Shown here: one piece after another, positions 1 to 14,638 of the stretch
Layout of the letters: each line of letters begins with the position of its first letter
How positions within the stretch are numbered: position 1 is the stretch's first letter
Origin: Promethearchaeota archaeon
Lineage (GTDB): Archaea > Asgardarchaeota > Lokiarchaeia > Sigyniarchaeales > SOKP01
Assembly (NCBI GenBank): GCA_019894975.1
Contig: JAGXNO010000013.1
Span: forward strand, 10,637 to 74,636
Direction of reading: 5' to 3'
DNA: 64,000 nucleotides
Position numbers and translations under genes: made by a program
The notes under the pieces: generated by a model
The model's database searches: none
What the model saw: only the letters and a program-made list of their open reading frames with translations
What the model was told of the DNA's origin: nothing

Positions 1-4
1 TGCT

Positions 5-3501
<3,497 letters not shown>

Positions 3502-3510
3502 AAATCCCAC

Positions 3511-4257
3511 TTATTTTTTCTCGGGATATGGTATTTTCACAGGTAATTCATGGTATGAGCTTAATAAATTAAGAAATATTTTCACTTTTTCCCAAAAAGA
3601 AGTATCCATAAAGAAGGGATCTGGTAAGGAGAATAATCTGCTTGCTATGATACCCATTAAAGCATTCCCAATTGGATTTACATGTAATCCATCTAACATA
3701 ATTTCTGAGTATTTATCTGGTTCATTCTCATAAGAGGGGGAGAAATATTTATATTGATCAAGTAAGGGGATATTAAACTTATCCGCCAAATTTCTATTTA
3801 TCTCAACGAATTTTGGAAATCGAAGAAAAATTTTATCCATTTTATCATACAAAAGACAATAGTAGGTCTGAAGCACAGGCAAACAGTTTACTTTTTTTAT
3901 TTGTTCGATAATTTGGGTTAGATAACCTTCATATTCGGGAATTGTAAGATTTTTCCATGTATCATTACCCCCAATTGTTATAATAACAAGATCAGGATTG
4001 AAAGAAAGTACATCTCTGTCAATTCTTTTTAGTAGATCTTCTGATGTTTCCCCACCAATACCAGAATTAATTGTTGTTATATGTCTTCCAATCCATTCTC
4101 TCATGGCACTTGATAACCAGGAAAACCAATTAAAGCCTCCTAATGAATGCCAATGGAGTTCTGTATTACTCGAGCCAAAAGCTATAACTCTAACTGGTTT
4201 CTGAGGATTTTTTCTCCACTTATCAGATAGACTTTGCAATGTATTCAAAATAATCAC
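3511..4257 (-). CDS. SGNH/GDSL hydrolase
   Basis: AFGSSNT, GIGG, IGGND and DGLHVN blocks. Confidence 0.85.
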   Translation of the reverse strand: MIILNTLQSLSDKWRKNPQKPVRVIAFGSSNTELHWHSLGGFNWFSWLSSAMREWIGRHITTINSGIGGETSEDLLKRIDRDVLSFNPDLVIITIGGNDTWKNLTIPEYEGYLTQIIEQIKKVNCLPVLQTYYCLLYDKMDKIFLRFPKFVEINRNLADKFNIPLLDQYKYFSPSYENEPDKYSEIMLDGLHVNPIGNALMGIIASRLFSLPDPFFMDTSFWEKVKIFLNLLSSYHELPVKIPYPEKK

Positions 4258-4417
4258 AAAATTGTAGAATTAGGTAATTAATTATACTAAATGATTGAAA
4301 GATTTAATGAATAAAAGGTTTTAGAGAAAATATATCGAGGTTTAACTCACAATAGAATGATTAAATTAGATTAAAAAAAAAGAAAATTGTAAAATAAAAT
4401 CTAACAATAGAATTGAC

Positions 4418-4843
4418 TTATTCTAAAAGTTCTGCTCCGAGTTCCGTGGCAAGACCCTGAATTTCGCCAAATGCTATTGCATCTTGAAGATTTCCCTCAA
4501 TGACAAGGTCTCCAGACATGTATGCGCTGGTAGAATCGATTTCACCAGCACTTAATCCGGTCCAAGTTGTCTGAGCTGCTTTCATAGTAACAGTTGCGTC
4601 ATCATTTGAACCTTCACCATAATCAACTGCACCTTCACCAAATTTAACCCAATATTTATAGTCTATATCGGTAACTTCCATTTGGGCAATAATGGTGTCT
4701 ATATCTTCCAGTTCTTCTTTGAATTCCTCGTTTTCTTGTCCGAGTTGTTTCATGAATTCGAATAATTTTAGAGCATCAGAAGGCTCGCTTGGTCCTTTCT
4801 CTCTCATTGCTTTTATTTCATTAATTAAATTTTCATCAACCAT
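4418..4843 (-). CDS. SCP2 sterol/lipid-binding domain protein
   Basis: ATVTM...GEIDSTSAYMSGDLVIEGN matches the SCP2 C-terminal pattern; ATG start chosen. Confidence 0.8.
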   Translation of the reverse strand: MVDENLINEIKAMREKGPSEPSDALKLFEFMKQLGQENEEFKEELEDIDTIIAQMEVTDIDYKYWVKFGEGAVDYGEGSNDDATVTMKAAQTTWTGLSAGEIDSTSAYMSGDLVIEGNLQDAIAFGEIQGLATELGAELLE

Positions 4844-4981
4844 TTTACAAATCAACCTAATTTTTTTTATGATGATTTAGTTACGGAATGCAATGTTATT
4901 TTAAAGTTTTTAAAGTTTTAATTCAAAATATACATTTTAGTCCAAAAGGATTTTTACTAATAGAAATAAATTCATTAAAAA

Positions 4982-6193
4982 CTATAAACTTAGGCAACAA
5001 TTTTTATATTTCTTTCCTGATCCGCAGGGGCAAAGTTCATTTCTTCCTATTTTTTTTGATTTAATATGTACTTGAGAATGAATTTTATTATTATCTTTTA
5101 TAGTCTTAGCTATTATCTTGAAGCGAGGTAAGGTATAGGTGTAAAACTTTTTCCATCCCTTACATAAAGGACTTATAATATCTAAATTTTGAAAATCATT
5201 GAATCGGAATTTTTGACAATCTCCATGACAAAACTGGATGAATGGGCACTCAATACAAGTTTTATTCCATTTTGCTTTTGAGGAGCCAAAATCAAGAAAT
5301 TTATTAGAATGAATTAAGGCATCCCAACTAGTTGTTTTCACATTTCCTAATAGAAGATCTTCCCTGACAAAAAAATCGCAAGGATATACACTCCCATCAT
5401 ATTCGACTACAAAATATTGACAACAATCATTTCCCATATAACAAACGCTATACTTTCCATAGACCAAGTAATTTAAAATTGAATCGAATAAACGAATTGA
5501 GACTTTATTAACGTCAGTTTTTATCCAGTTATCAAATAATTCGCAAAGAAATGTTCCCCAATCTTCTCCTGTAATGGAATATGGTTTAAGGTTATAATAT
5601 TCGTCAAATTCAACACAGGGGATATATTGATGATAGTAAAATTCGTGTTCTTTCAGGTATTGATAAATTTCCGTGGTTTTCTTAACAGATTTTTCATTTA
5701 CTAGAGTCAGAATATTGAATTCAACATCATTTTTTTTTAAATTCTCAATTCCACGCATTACTAAGTTATGTGTAGGAGTATTGCCTATCGTCTTTCTATA
5801 AAAATCATGAATGTCTGGTGGGCCATCTAGACTAACGCCAAGAAGAAATTTATATTCCGTAAAGAATTTTGCTAATTCGTCAGTAATCAATGTTCCATTT
5901 GTTTGAAGCCCATTACTTATGACTGCTCCCGGGGGTGCATGTTTAGTTTGAAGCTCTACGACTTTTTCCCAAAAATTAAGTCCTAATAATGTCGGTTCAC
6001 CTCCTTGCCACCCAAATGCATACTGATTATTTTGATCTGTCTGCATATAGCTAGCAATCATTGACTCTAAAGAACTATCTGACATTCTGGGTTTTTTCTC
6101 GACTGTATCAAGATGATCAATGTAAAAACAATATTCACATCTTAGATTACAATCCGCTGAAACTGGTTTTATTAATAGTGAGAAAGATTTCAT
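4982..6193 (-). CDS. Anaerobic sulfatase maturase (radical SAM/SPASM) with C-terminal SEC-C motif
   Basis: CNLRCEYC, WQGGEP, SPASM cysteines, GRNELCPCGSGKKYKNCC; directly downstream of a sulfatase. Confidence 0.92.
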   Translation of the reverse strand: MKSFSLLIKPVSADCNLRCEYCFYIDHLDTVEKKPRMSDSSLESMIASYMQTDQNNQYAFGWQGGEPTLLGLNFWEKVVELQTKHAPPGAVISNGLQTNGTLITDELAKFFTEYKFLLGVSLDGPPDIHDFYRKTIGNTPTHNLVMRGIENLKKNDVEFNILTLVNEKSVKKTTEIYQYLKEHEFYYHQYIPCVEFDEYYNLKPYSITGEDWGTFLCELFDNWIKTDVNKVSIRLFDSILNYLVYGKYSVCYMGNDCCQYFVVEYDGSVYPCDFFVREDLLLGNVKTTSWDALIHSNKFLDFGSSKAKWNKTCIECPFIQFCHGDCQKFRFNDFQNLDIISPLCKGWKKFYTYTLPRFKIIAKTIKDNNKIHSQVHIKSKKIGRNELCPCGSGKKYKNCCLSL

Positions 6194-6225
6194 TTTTTTT
6201 TGTTGTATACTATTTCTGTTTTTAT

Positions 6226-8001
6226 TTATTTTCCCTTAGCTATAACCAATTTGGTCATGTTTCTAAGCAGTGGAATGTAATTTTTGGGAAGAATTTTTTC
6301 AAAGATTTGTACCAATATATCTTCATCGATTTCAGTGGTTCCTTTCTTGTTAATCTCTTGTTCTATTTGTAAATTAGTTGGTTTGTGGAACTGAGAGGGA
6401 ATAAATCCCATAATAAGAGAATACATGCTTTTTCCTTTTTTATTCCATACAATTTCTGTATCTCCAATTTTATCTTTCATTCCTGAGCGAGTTTCAATTA
6501 GATCTAAATGATTATTTGTAATTTCACCATCATATGGGATTCCAAGACGTGTATACTGTTCAAGCGGAGAATCATTTTTCTTCATTTCTTCAATCAATGC
6601 CTTAATCATCCTTTTCTCAATGTCAGAATCTATTATTGGGTTTTCTTGATCGGGATCATTTTGAAGATCAAAAAGTAAACTACCAAAAATGTAAGGATTT
6701 ATATATTGAGTTCTTGTGTTAGTTCTCATAAGCTTAGTTCCTTTCGTAAAACTAAAGGGATCTGCCAACTCGATTGTTTTCAATTCATTGATTGAAAAAA
6801 ATCCACGCATATGGGTAGGCATAAGTGTATAATCATAAAGGGGTTTATTTAGAAGATTTGTGGGTCCTCTCATGTAAATATATCTCCCATCCGTTATGTT
6901 CACATGAGCTCCATGGGTTCCAAATAATAAATATTCCCTTACTTTTGCATCTGAATTAATTGTATCGTTTAAAACCCTACCCTGCATATCTTTTGTACGA
7001 TTTATTCCAAAAAACTCGAGGATTGTAGGTACTATATCTGTAGTTTGCACAAGAGCACTTCTCCTTTCACTTTTTTTACTCGATCTTGGATCCCAGATGA
7101 ATAATGGTATTTGTGCGATCTCATTATATATAGGTTGTACTCCTTTTGCCCACCAATCTTTTTCCCCTAAAAGAAAACCATGATCTGTAGTAATAATAAG
7201 CATTGTATCTTTCCACATATCTTTCTCATCCATTATATCAAGAATCTTACCAAGATACGTATCACACATACTAACAGAGGCTGCGTATTCCTTTCTAATA
7301 TGTTGTACTTGCTCTTCGGTTTCTGTTACAATCCCATAATTTGGCCAATCGAAATGAGGTCCGTCATATTCATGCTTGTATAAATCTTTATATTTCTGTT
7401 GCGTAAAATAGGGTTCATGAGGGTCAAATGTTTCGATATGTAGGAACCAGTTATCTTCTGTATGATTTTTATCAATGAACTCCAATGCAAGTTTAAAAGT
7501 TCCTGCTTGAGGTTGATCTTCTTCTTTTTGCATATATTTTCTGTTTACCCAATCCTGTCGCCAATGAGGCCACCCTTGTCGCATATTTGGTACGGTTTCA
7601 GGAATGTCAGGATCTTTTATTTCTCCTTTCCATGGGTCTCCTTCATGTCCCCGGACAATTTCCCATGTATTATATCTATTATGATATGTTAAACCTCCAT
7701 CTTCCCAATAATGGTAATGATCGCTTACAAGATGGGAATACACACTATTTTTCTTTAATATTTCTGGCATTGAATCATCATATGGTTCTATTGGCCCCCA
7801 ACTTCTGTGTAAAAAGTTATGTCTCCCTGTGTGAAGCTCTCTTCTAGCAGGGATACACATTAAACTCCCACAATAACAATTATCAAATGTTACTGTTTTC
7901 TCAGCTAATCTCTTAAAATTTGGTGCATGTACCCAATTATTATCATAAGTGGGCAAAAAATGTTTATTTAAGGTATCAAATAGAATAAATATTACTTTCA
8001 T
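6226..8001 (-). CDS. Cys-type sulfatase
   Basis: CIPAR (CxPxR) formylglycine motif, DPHEP, TTDHG. Confidence 0.9.
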   Translation of the reverse strand: MKVIFILFDTLNKHFLPTYDNNWVHAPNFKRLAEKTVTFDNCYCGSLMCIPARRELHTGRHNFLHRSWGPIEPYDDSMPEILKKNSVYSHLVSDHYHYWEDGGLTYHNRYNTWEIVRGHEGDPWKGEIKDPDIPETVPNMRQGWPHWRQDWVNRKYMQKEEDQPQAGTFKLALEFIDKNHTEDNWFLHIETFDPHEPYFTQQKYKDLYKHEYDGPHFDWPNYGIVTETEEQVQHIRKEYAASVSMCDTYLGKILDIMDEKDMWKDTMLIITTDHGFLLGEKDWWAKGVQPIYNEIAQIPLFIWDPRSSKKSERRSALVQTTDIVPTILEFFGINRTKDMQGRVLNDTINSDAKVREYLLFGTHGAHVNITDGRYIYMRGPTNLLNKPLYDYTLMPTHMRGFFSINELKTIELADPFSFTKGTKLMRTNTRTQYINPYIFGSLLFDLQNDPDQENPIIDSDIEKRMIKALIEEMKKNDSPLEQYTRLGIPYDGEITNNHLDLIETRSGMKDKIGDTEIVWNKKGKSMYSLIMGFIPSQFHKPTNLQIEQEINKKGTTEIDEDILVQIFEKILPKNYIPLLRNMTKLVIAKGK

Positions 8002-8132
8002 GTTTTTCTCCTAAAAAAATTCAATTATCAATAATGTTTTAGGTATTTTAATCTTAATTTTTAGATTATTTAATTTATGAAAATTTTTAATTTTGAGTTA
8101 ACTTTTCAATTTAAAGAAAATTAATTGATTCC

Positions 8133-8894
8133 ATGTTTAAGCACGCAATCATAAGAGATGTTTCTAAAAATTTTCAAAATGGTATAACTACATCAAAACT
8201 TGGAAAGCCTGTATATAGTACAGCATTCTTACAACATAAAGATTATAGTGATGCTTTAGAAAAATGTGGATTAAAAATTTTATCACTAAAAGCAGAAGAA
8301 AAGTCTCCAGATTCAACATTTGTTGAAGATACTGCTATTGTAAACGAGGATTTAGCTATTATTGCTAATTTGGGGGCACCAAGCAGGAAGGGTGAAGAAG
8401 TCGAAATTAAAAAAGTTCTTGAGAAGTTTTATAATATTGTTGAATCGATAGAGAAACCAGGAACTTTAGAGGGTGGCGATGTTCTTAGAATAGAGGAAGA
8501 TTATTTCGTGGGATTATCTCAGAGAACTAATAAAAAAGGAGCTTTACAGCTTAAAGAAATCTTAAAGACTTATGGATACAGTTGTTCCTTAGTTAAATTG
8601 AATAAGGTTCTTCACCTTAAAACAGGAATAGCTTATATTGGGGATGGAAATTTAATCACATCTGGTGAATTCGTTAAAAATCCTATCTTCCAAGACTTTA
8701 ATATAATTAAGGTTGATAAGGGTGAGAGTTATGCTACTAATTGTATTAGAGTAAATAATTATGTTTTGTTAGCAAAAGGTTTTGAAAAACTAAAAAGGTC
8801 AATTTCAGGATTAGGTTATGATATCCTTGAAGTTGATATGACAGAATTTCGGAAAATGGATGGGGGACTTTCTTGCTTATCTTTAAGATTTTAA
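8133..8894 (+). CDS. Dimethylarginine dimethylaminohydrolase / amidinotransferase family
   Basis: FVEDTA, LEGGDVL, HLKTG, DGGLSCLS. Confidence 0.9.
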   Translation: MFKHAIIRDVSKNFQNGITTSKLGKPVYSTAFLQHKDYSDALEKCGLKILSLKAEEKSPDSTFVEDTAIVNEDLAIIANLGAPSRKGEEVEIKKVLEKFYNIVESIEKPGTLEGGDVLRIEEDYFVGLSQRTNKKGALQLKEILKTYGYSCSLVKLNKVLHLKTGIAYIGDGNLITSGEFVKNPIFQDFNIIKVDKGESYATNCIRVNNYVLLAKGFEKLKRSISGLGYDILEVDMTEFRKMDGGLSCLSLRF

Positions 8895-9291
8895 TAAATA
8901 AGAGAAAATCTATTACTTTCATTAGTTTGTCTTTTCTTAGATTACATTCTTAAAGGTTCGAACTTTGCCTGAAGTTCATAGAATGAAACTAAATATAGAA
9001 TCTAAACTAAATATTATTTAATAAACAAAACTAAAAAAAGGTCAAAAAAAAATGAATAAAAAAGAAAAAAGGGTTAGTAAAGTAATTGCCGGATACAATC
9101 CAGTTATTCAGAGCTTTATTAGATAATTTATATTTTGATTTTCTATTTTTTTAATTCTCTTCTTATTTTTAAACTAATTTTTATAATTAAAAACTCTTAT
9201 ATTATCCTTGATTCTTATTTTGTAGAGTTGTTATTGAATTTAAAAAAATGTTAAATACAAATTTATTAATTAATTAAATTTATAATTCTCA

Positions 9292-10959
9292 ATGTCAACA
9301 ACCCAAGATCAATTTGATTCTAAAAAAGTTTATGAAAGAGCCTTATTTCGGGGCTGTGGCTATTCTTCTGAAGATTTAGAAAAGCCCAAAATTGCAATAG
9401 TAAATTCATGGAATGAAATTAATCCAGGGCATATCCATTTGCGGAAATTAGCTGAATTTGTTAAACAGGGAATTAGAGAAGCAGGGGGCACACCTATGGA
9501 ATTTAATACAATAGCCTCGTGTGATGGGATCGCTAATTCTGGGAATTTTTCAAAATATATCTTACCTACGAGAGAAATAATAGCTGCTTCAGTTGAGTGC
9601 ACAATAAAAGCATATAATTTTGATGGAATGGTTTTGTTATGTTCTTGTGATAAAATTATTCCAGGGATGCTTTTAGCTGCTGCTAGATGCAATATTCCCA
9701 CAGTTTTTTTAACAGGAGGGATAATGGAAGCTAAGTCCTTTAATGAAGGTCCTCTTAAAGGTAAAACTTATGTAACTTCTGATGTAAAAGAGGCAATTGG
9801 CCAACATTTAGCGGGAAGATTGTCTAAGGAGGAGTTACTTTTAATTGAATCTCAAACATGTTGCTCCCCTGGAGCATGCAATATGATGGGAACTGCAAAT
9901 ACAATGGCATGCATTGTAGAAGCTATGGGGCTTTCTTTACCTGGATGTGCTACAATGGGTGCAATTAGTAAGGAGAGAGAAAGTTTATCTAAAACTTCTG
10001 GTAGGATAATAATGAATTTAGTTAAGGAAGATATTAAAGTACTAGACTTTATTACACCTAAATCAATTGAAAATGCAATTAAAGTGGCTTTGTCATTTGG
10101 TGGTTCAACGAATATGGTTTTACATATGTGTGCATTATCATATGAGATTGGGGGATCACTGAACCATTTTGATTTTGATTCTCTAAGTAAATCAGTTCCA
10201 TTACTAGCAAAATTTAAACCCTCCTCAGAATATAATCTCACAGAATTTCATGAAGCAGGGGGAGTTGGCGTATTAATGAAAAAATTATCACCTGTCTTAG
10301 ATTTATCGACTAAGAATATTTTAGGAAATAATTTAAAAGAGTATTTAAACTCTATTGAGATTTATGATTTTCAAATAATTCGAAATTTTAAAGATCCAAT
10401 CGAAAAAGAAGGAAGTATAGCAGTTCTTAAAGGTAATTTAGCTCCAGAAGGAGCAATTGTTAAACAAAGTGCTATAAGTACTGAAATGAGACACCATAAA
10501 GGCCCTGCTAAAGTATTTGAATGTGAGGAAGAATTAAGAGATGCTTTGATGGAGGGTAATGTGAAAGAAGGTGATGTTTTAGTTATAAAATACGAAGGTC
10601 CTAAAGGATCACCGGGAATGAGGGAATTATCTCTACCAGCAGCTATTCTTGTTGGAATGGGTTTAGGTAGTTCGGTTGCAATAGTTACTGATGGGAGGTT
10701 TTCTGGGGCTAAAAGGGGTCCGTGTATAGGACACGTGTGTCCTGAGGCTATTGAAGGAGGACCTATTGCTATTGTTCAAGATGGGGATGAAATAGAAATC
10801 GATATTGATAATCGCAAATTAGAAGTCTTAATTTCTGATAGTGAAATTGAAAAACGGCTAAAAAAATGGAAAAAACCTGCAGAGAGGATTAAAACAGGCT
10901 ATTTGAATATTTATAAAAAAATCGTAAGCTCTGCGAAATATGGAGCATATTTACAATAA
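9292..10959 (+). CDS. ilvD: Dihydroxy-acid dehydratase (IlvD/Edd family)
   Basis: [38 protein letters not shown]. Confidence 0.9.
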   Translation: MSTTQDQFDSKKVYERALFRGCGYSSEDLEKPKIAIVNSWNEINPGHIHLRKLAEFVKQGIREAGGTPMEFNTIASCDGIANSGNFSKYILPTREIIAASVECTIKAYNFDGMVLLCSCDKIIPGMLLAAARCNIPTVFLTGGIMEAKSFNEGPLKGKTYVTSDVKEAIGQHLAGRLSKEELLLIESQTCCSPGACNMMGTANTMACIVEAMGLSLPGCATMGAISKERESLSKTSGRIIMNLVKEDIKVLDFITPKSIENAIKVALSFGGSTNMVLHMCALSYEIGGSLNHFDFDSLSKSVPLLAKFKPSSEYNLTEFHEAGGVGVLMKKLSPVLDLSTKNILGNNLKEYLNSIEIYDFQIIRNFKDPIEKEGSIAVLKGNLAPEGAIVKQSAISTEMRHHKGPAKVFECEEELRDALMEGNVKEGDVLVIKYEGPKGSPGMRELSLPAAILVGMGLGSSVAIVTDGRFSGAKRGPCIGHVCPEAIEGGPIAIVQDGDEIEIDIDNRKLEVLISDSEIEKRLKKWKKPAERIKTGYLNIYKKIVSSAKYGAYLQ

Positions 10960-10970
10960 TATCCTTAATT

Positions 10971-12128
10971 ATGATAGATGAAAATCGTATATTAGAAATT
11001 TTAAATGAATTATCTTTTCCAAGATTATCCGGAACCCAATTTGAGCATGATGCTTACGATAAAGTGAAAAAGAGAATAGAAAAATTAGGTCTTTCTCCGA
11101 AAGGTCAAGAATTCGTGTTTAGTACTTTCTATTCAAGAATTTACCCACGACTAACTATAACACTGTTAAGTTGGTTACTTCTAATATTATCGATAAATTT
11201 AAATGTAATTTTCAATCTAGTAAATCTTTTTTTAATCGCAATTTTTATTACAATTGTAATTAAACTAACACGAACTCCAGAAAAAATAAAATTAGGATAT
11301 AAATATCATTCACAGAATTTATTTTTAAAAATTCCATCTAAATCACAAAAAGAAAATGCAGAGCATAATATCTTCTTCTTTTCCCATCTAGATTCGAAAG
11401 GACAGAGATTCTCTATCAAAATTCGTATCCAATTATATTATTACTGGATTATCACATTTCCTTCAGCTCTCACAATTATTCTTCTAAATTCTTTTTATTT
11501 AAGCGAAGTTTCAATATTCTTATACATTTTAGAATTTTTGGTATTAAGTATTAATTTTATTTCTACAGTTCTTCTATGGATTAATAGAACTAATAATGAA
11601 TCTCCAGGTGCAATCGATAATGCTTCTGGAGTTTCATGCGTTTTGGAAATATTACATCATTTTTCTGATCCAAAAAATAGGTTAAACAATTTTACATTAT
11701 GGTTTGTTTTTACTGGTGCAGAAGAGTCTGGGACTATGGGAGTAAGAAATTTTTATAATTATATAAAGGATTTTGATAGAGAGAAGACATACACAGTTAA
11801 TTTTGACTCTATTGGCAAACAAGTGACTTTATGGGATCATGGTCTCCTTAATAATAAGTATTATAAATCCTTTAATTATATTTTAGAAAATAAAGAGATA
11901 ATGAAATTGGCGAAGAAAACACATAGATTTTATATTGGTGCATATAGTGACGGCTTATTTTTATTGAATAAGAAATTCAAAGGAATTGGTAATGGAGATA
12001 AAAGTAATAATAATTATATTCATTCTAAAAATGACAATTTTGATTTAATTGATGCTAGAGTTATAAAAAAGCTCAGCAAGTTTTACAGCATTCTATTACA
12101 GGAAGTTGATATTGATTTAAATAAATAA
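10971..12128 (+). CDS. Membrane-embedded M28 family peptidase
   Basis: HLDS, GAIDNASG, AEESG, NFDSIG, IHS motifs with hydrophobic TM insertions. Confidence 0.8.
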   Translation: MIDENRILEILNELSFPRLSGTQFEHDAYDKVKKRIEKLGLSPKGQEFVFSTFYSRIYPRLTITLLSWLLLILSINLNVIFNLVNLFLIAIFITIVIKLTRTPEKIKLGYKYHSQNLFLKIPSKSQKENAEHNIFFFSHLDSKGQRFSIKIRIQLYYYWIITFPSALTIILLNSFYLSEVSIFLYILEFLVLSINFISTVLLWINRTNNESPGAIDNASGVSCVLEILHHFSDPKNRLNNFTLWFVFTGAEESGTMGVRNFYNYIKDFDREKTYTVNFDSIGKQVTLWDHGLLNNKYYKSFNYILENKEIMKLAKKTHRFYIGAYSDGLFLLNKKFKGIGNGDKSNNNYIHSKNDNFDLIDARVIKKLSKFYSILLQEVDIDLNK

Positions 12129-12147
12129 AATTTTGTGCTGATTAAAA

Positions 12148-13707
12148 ATACAGTTTAAAAGTAAAGATTTAGGAACTGTTCTGACTCCCCCTCAAACAGT
12201 AGAATATATTATTTCAAGATTAGGAGAAATAAAAGAAGAACAAATGATCTTAGATCCTTGTGTTGGGCACGGAATTTTTGTAGAAAAACTAATAGAATCA
12301 GGAATTGCTAGGAAACAAATAGTTGCTTATGATATAAATTCGGATTTTAAAAGTGAGATTCAAAAATTAGGAGTTAAATTTAAGGTACAAGATACACTTC
12401 TAACACTTTTTCCTGACTCATATAATGAATTTGATTTCATTCTGGGAAATCCCCCCTACTTAAATAAAGCAAGTACTTATGTTCGCAAAAATAAAGTAAA
12501 GCTGAGAAGTCTCTATGGAAAGATCAATGCGCATGAAACCTATTCCATGTTCATAGTGAATAGCATTTGGCGTTTAAAGGAAGGAGGCAAATTAGGATTC
12601 ATTACAAGTGATTCATTCTTAACTTTGAGTACTCATACAAAACTAAGAAAATTTATTCTAAATAACTGCTTGATTAACCAAATACTTTTAGCTCCGAAAA
12701 ATTTGTTTGATAATCAAGATGTTAGTACAAGTCCCGTAATTATTATGTTAACTAAATGCACGGGTAAAAGCAATAAAAATTTAAGACAGAATAATGAAAT
12801 GAAGATTATACCCCGGGTAAGAAGAGAAGCTGAATATAAAAACCCGTCTAAAATTCATAAAATTATCCAAAAAAAATATCATTTATTGCCATTTAATATT
12901 TTTTTCACGGATATAGAAGAAGAAATTATCGATTTGTTTGAACAATCACCAAGATTGGAAGAGTATGTAAAAGGATTTATTGGTATGCATACTCATAATA
13001 ATTTAAAATATATTGCTGCTGTAGAAGGTACAGATTTAGCCCAAATCTTTAAAAATCGTAATCAAAAAATACAGGAAGAGGAAAACAAGCACAGAATTAT
13101 AACTAAAAAAGACTTAAATACAGAAACATGGAAGAGTTATTTAAAAAGGGGTGGAGCTGATCAGTATTATCGACCAATAATGGAGGCATTAGAATGGGGA
13201 AATAATTCAATTCCAATTTATGATATTCCCAAGAACGTTCCTTTTGAAGAAGAAGGTATAGTAGTGAGTGGTGTAAGTTCAAGGTTAGCAGCCAGATACA
13301 TGCCAAAAGGGTGTTATTGGGATTCAAATAAAGCTATAGGTTTTATTATTAAAACAGATTCGATCTCTATAGAATACACTCTTGGATTATTAAATAGCTC
13401 CTTATATAATTATTTAGCAAAAGGAATTATAAATAATACAAATAGTATCCAGTTAACAGGAATTCATGCACTTCCATTTATATTACCTGATAATGAAACA
13501 ATCGAAAAAGTTGAAAAATATGTAAAAATAATATTAAGGAATAAAAGAAAAGATCAAAACTATGATTATAAAAAAGAACAAAAACAAATTGACAATATAA
13601 TCTTTGATTTTTATTCAAAAACTTTTCATTTTACTAAAGACCTCAAGAAGAAATTAGATGATAGATATTCAGTCTATAGAAATGATCAATCTAAAATTGG
13701 TGATTGA
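12148..13707 (+). CDS. N6-adenine DNA methyltransferase (TaqI/Eco57I-like); start uncertain
   Basis: LDPCVGHG motif I and GNPPY motif IV; motif X-like LGTVLTPP lies upstream of the ATG at 12244, so the start was extended to ATA 12148. Confidence 0.8.
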   Translation: MQFKSKDLGTVLTPPQTVEYIISRLGEIKEEQMILDPCVGHGIFVEKLIESGIARKQIVAYDINSDFKSEIQKLGVKFKVQDTLLTLFPDSYNEFDFILGNPPYLNKASTYVRKNKVKLRSLYGKINAHETYSMFIVNSIWRLKEGGKLGFITSDSFLTLSTHTKLRKFILNNCLINQILLAPKNLFDNQDVSTSPVIIMLTKCTGKSNKNLRQNNEMKIIPRVRREAEYKNPSKIHKIIQKKYHLLPFNIFFTDIEEEIIDLFEQSPRLEEYVKGFIGMHTHNNLKYIAAVEGTDLAQIFKNRNQKIQEEENKHRIITKKDLNTETWKSYLKRGGADQYYRPIMEALEWGNNSIPIYDIPKNVPFEEEGIVVSGVSSRLAARYMPKGCYWDSNKAIGFIIKTDSISIEYTLGLLNSSLYNYLAKGIINNTNSIQLTGIHALPFILPDNETIEKVEKYVKIILRNKRKDQNYDYKKEQKQIDNIIFDFYSKTFHFTKDLKKKLDDRYSVYRNDQSKIGD

Positions 13708-14612
13708 ACTTGAAAAAAATAAAAATACCTGTAATTCTTGATACAGATATAGGTTTTGATATTGATGATACTTGGGCTCTTGGTTTATTATTAAAATGTC
13801 CAGAGCTTGATGTGAAATTAATTACCACAACATCAGGAAATACACTGATTAAAACAAAACAGGTTGCCAAATTTCTTGAAAACGCGGATCGCACTGATAT
13901 CCCCATAGGAATCGGACCGAAAAATGGTAATGATGAAGAACCACTCTATGATTGGGTAAAGGATTATAATTTATCAGATTATCCTGGTGTAATTCATGAG
14001 GATGGTATTGAAATCATTTCTGATATGTTACAAAATTCTCTTGAACCTACAACACTAATCGCTATTGGACCATTAGGAAATATTGCTAAAGCACTCAGAC
14101 TCAATCAGAAGATTATGGAAAAAACTCGATTTATTGGAATGCAGGGAAGCATTTACAAAGGATATATGGGAGATCCTAATCCTGCAGTGGAATATAACGT
14201 TTCTAGTGATATTCAAGCTTGTAGAGAAGTTTTTCAAGCCTCATGGGAGAAAACAATAACTCCATTGGATACATGTGGTAATATCATGTTATCTGGAGAG
14301 CGTTTCAAGAGAATTCTAGATTGTAGTAATCCGATTGTTGATTCAATCAAAGAATGTTATGAATTATGGGCTCAAAAATCAGACCGGTTATATTTAATTA
14401 CAAAAAAACAAACGTCTACGATTTTATTTGATACAGTTGCTGTTTACCTTGCCTTTTCCGAAGAACTACTAAACATAGAAAACTTAAAAATTGAAGTTAA
14501 TAAGTCGGGAAGAACTTTGATAAGTGAAAAAGGGAGTAATATACGGTGTGCAACTTCTTGGAAAAACGTTCAAGATTTTAAAGATCTAATCGTTGATCGC
14601 TTAACTAGTTAG
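13704..14612 (+). CDS. Nucleoside hydrolase (IU-NH family)
   Basis: DTDIGFDIDD, IGPLGNIA, EYNV motifs. Confidence 0.88.
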   Translation: MNLKKIKIPVILDTDIGFDIDDTWALGLLLKCPELDVKLITTTSGNTLIKTKQVAKFLENADRTDIPIGIGPKNGNDEEPLYDWVKDYNLSDYPGVIHEDGIEIISDMLQNSLEPTTLIAIGPLGNIAKALRLNQKIMEKTRFIGMQGSIYKGYMGDPNPAVEYNVSSDIQACREVFQASWEKTITPLDTCGNIMLSGERFKRILDCSNPIVDSIKECYELWAQKSDRLYLITKKQTSTILFDTVAVYLAFSEELLNIENLKIEVNKSGRTLISEKGSNIRCATSWKNVQDFKDLIVDRLTS

Positions 14613-14638
14613 ATCACATTATTTTTATTTTAGATTTT

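Noticed and set aside
8895-9291. Long AT-rich gap with a GGTTCGAAC T-loop-like word
   Set aside because: No acceptor or anticodon stems could be assembled.
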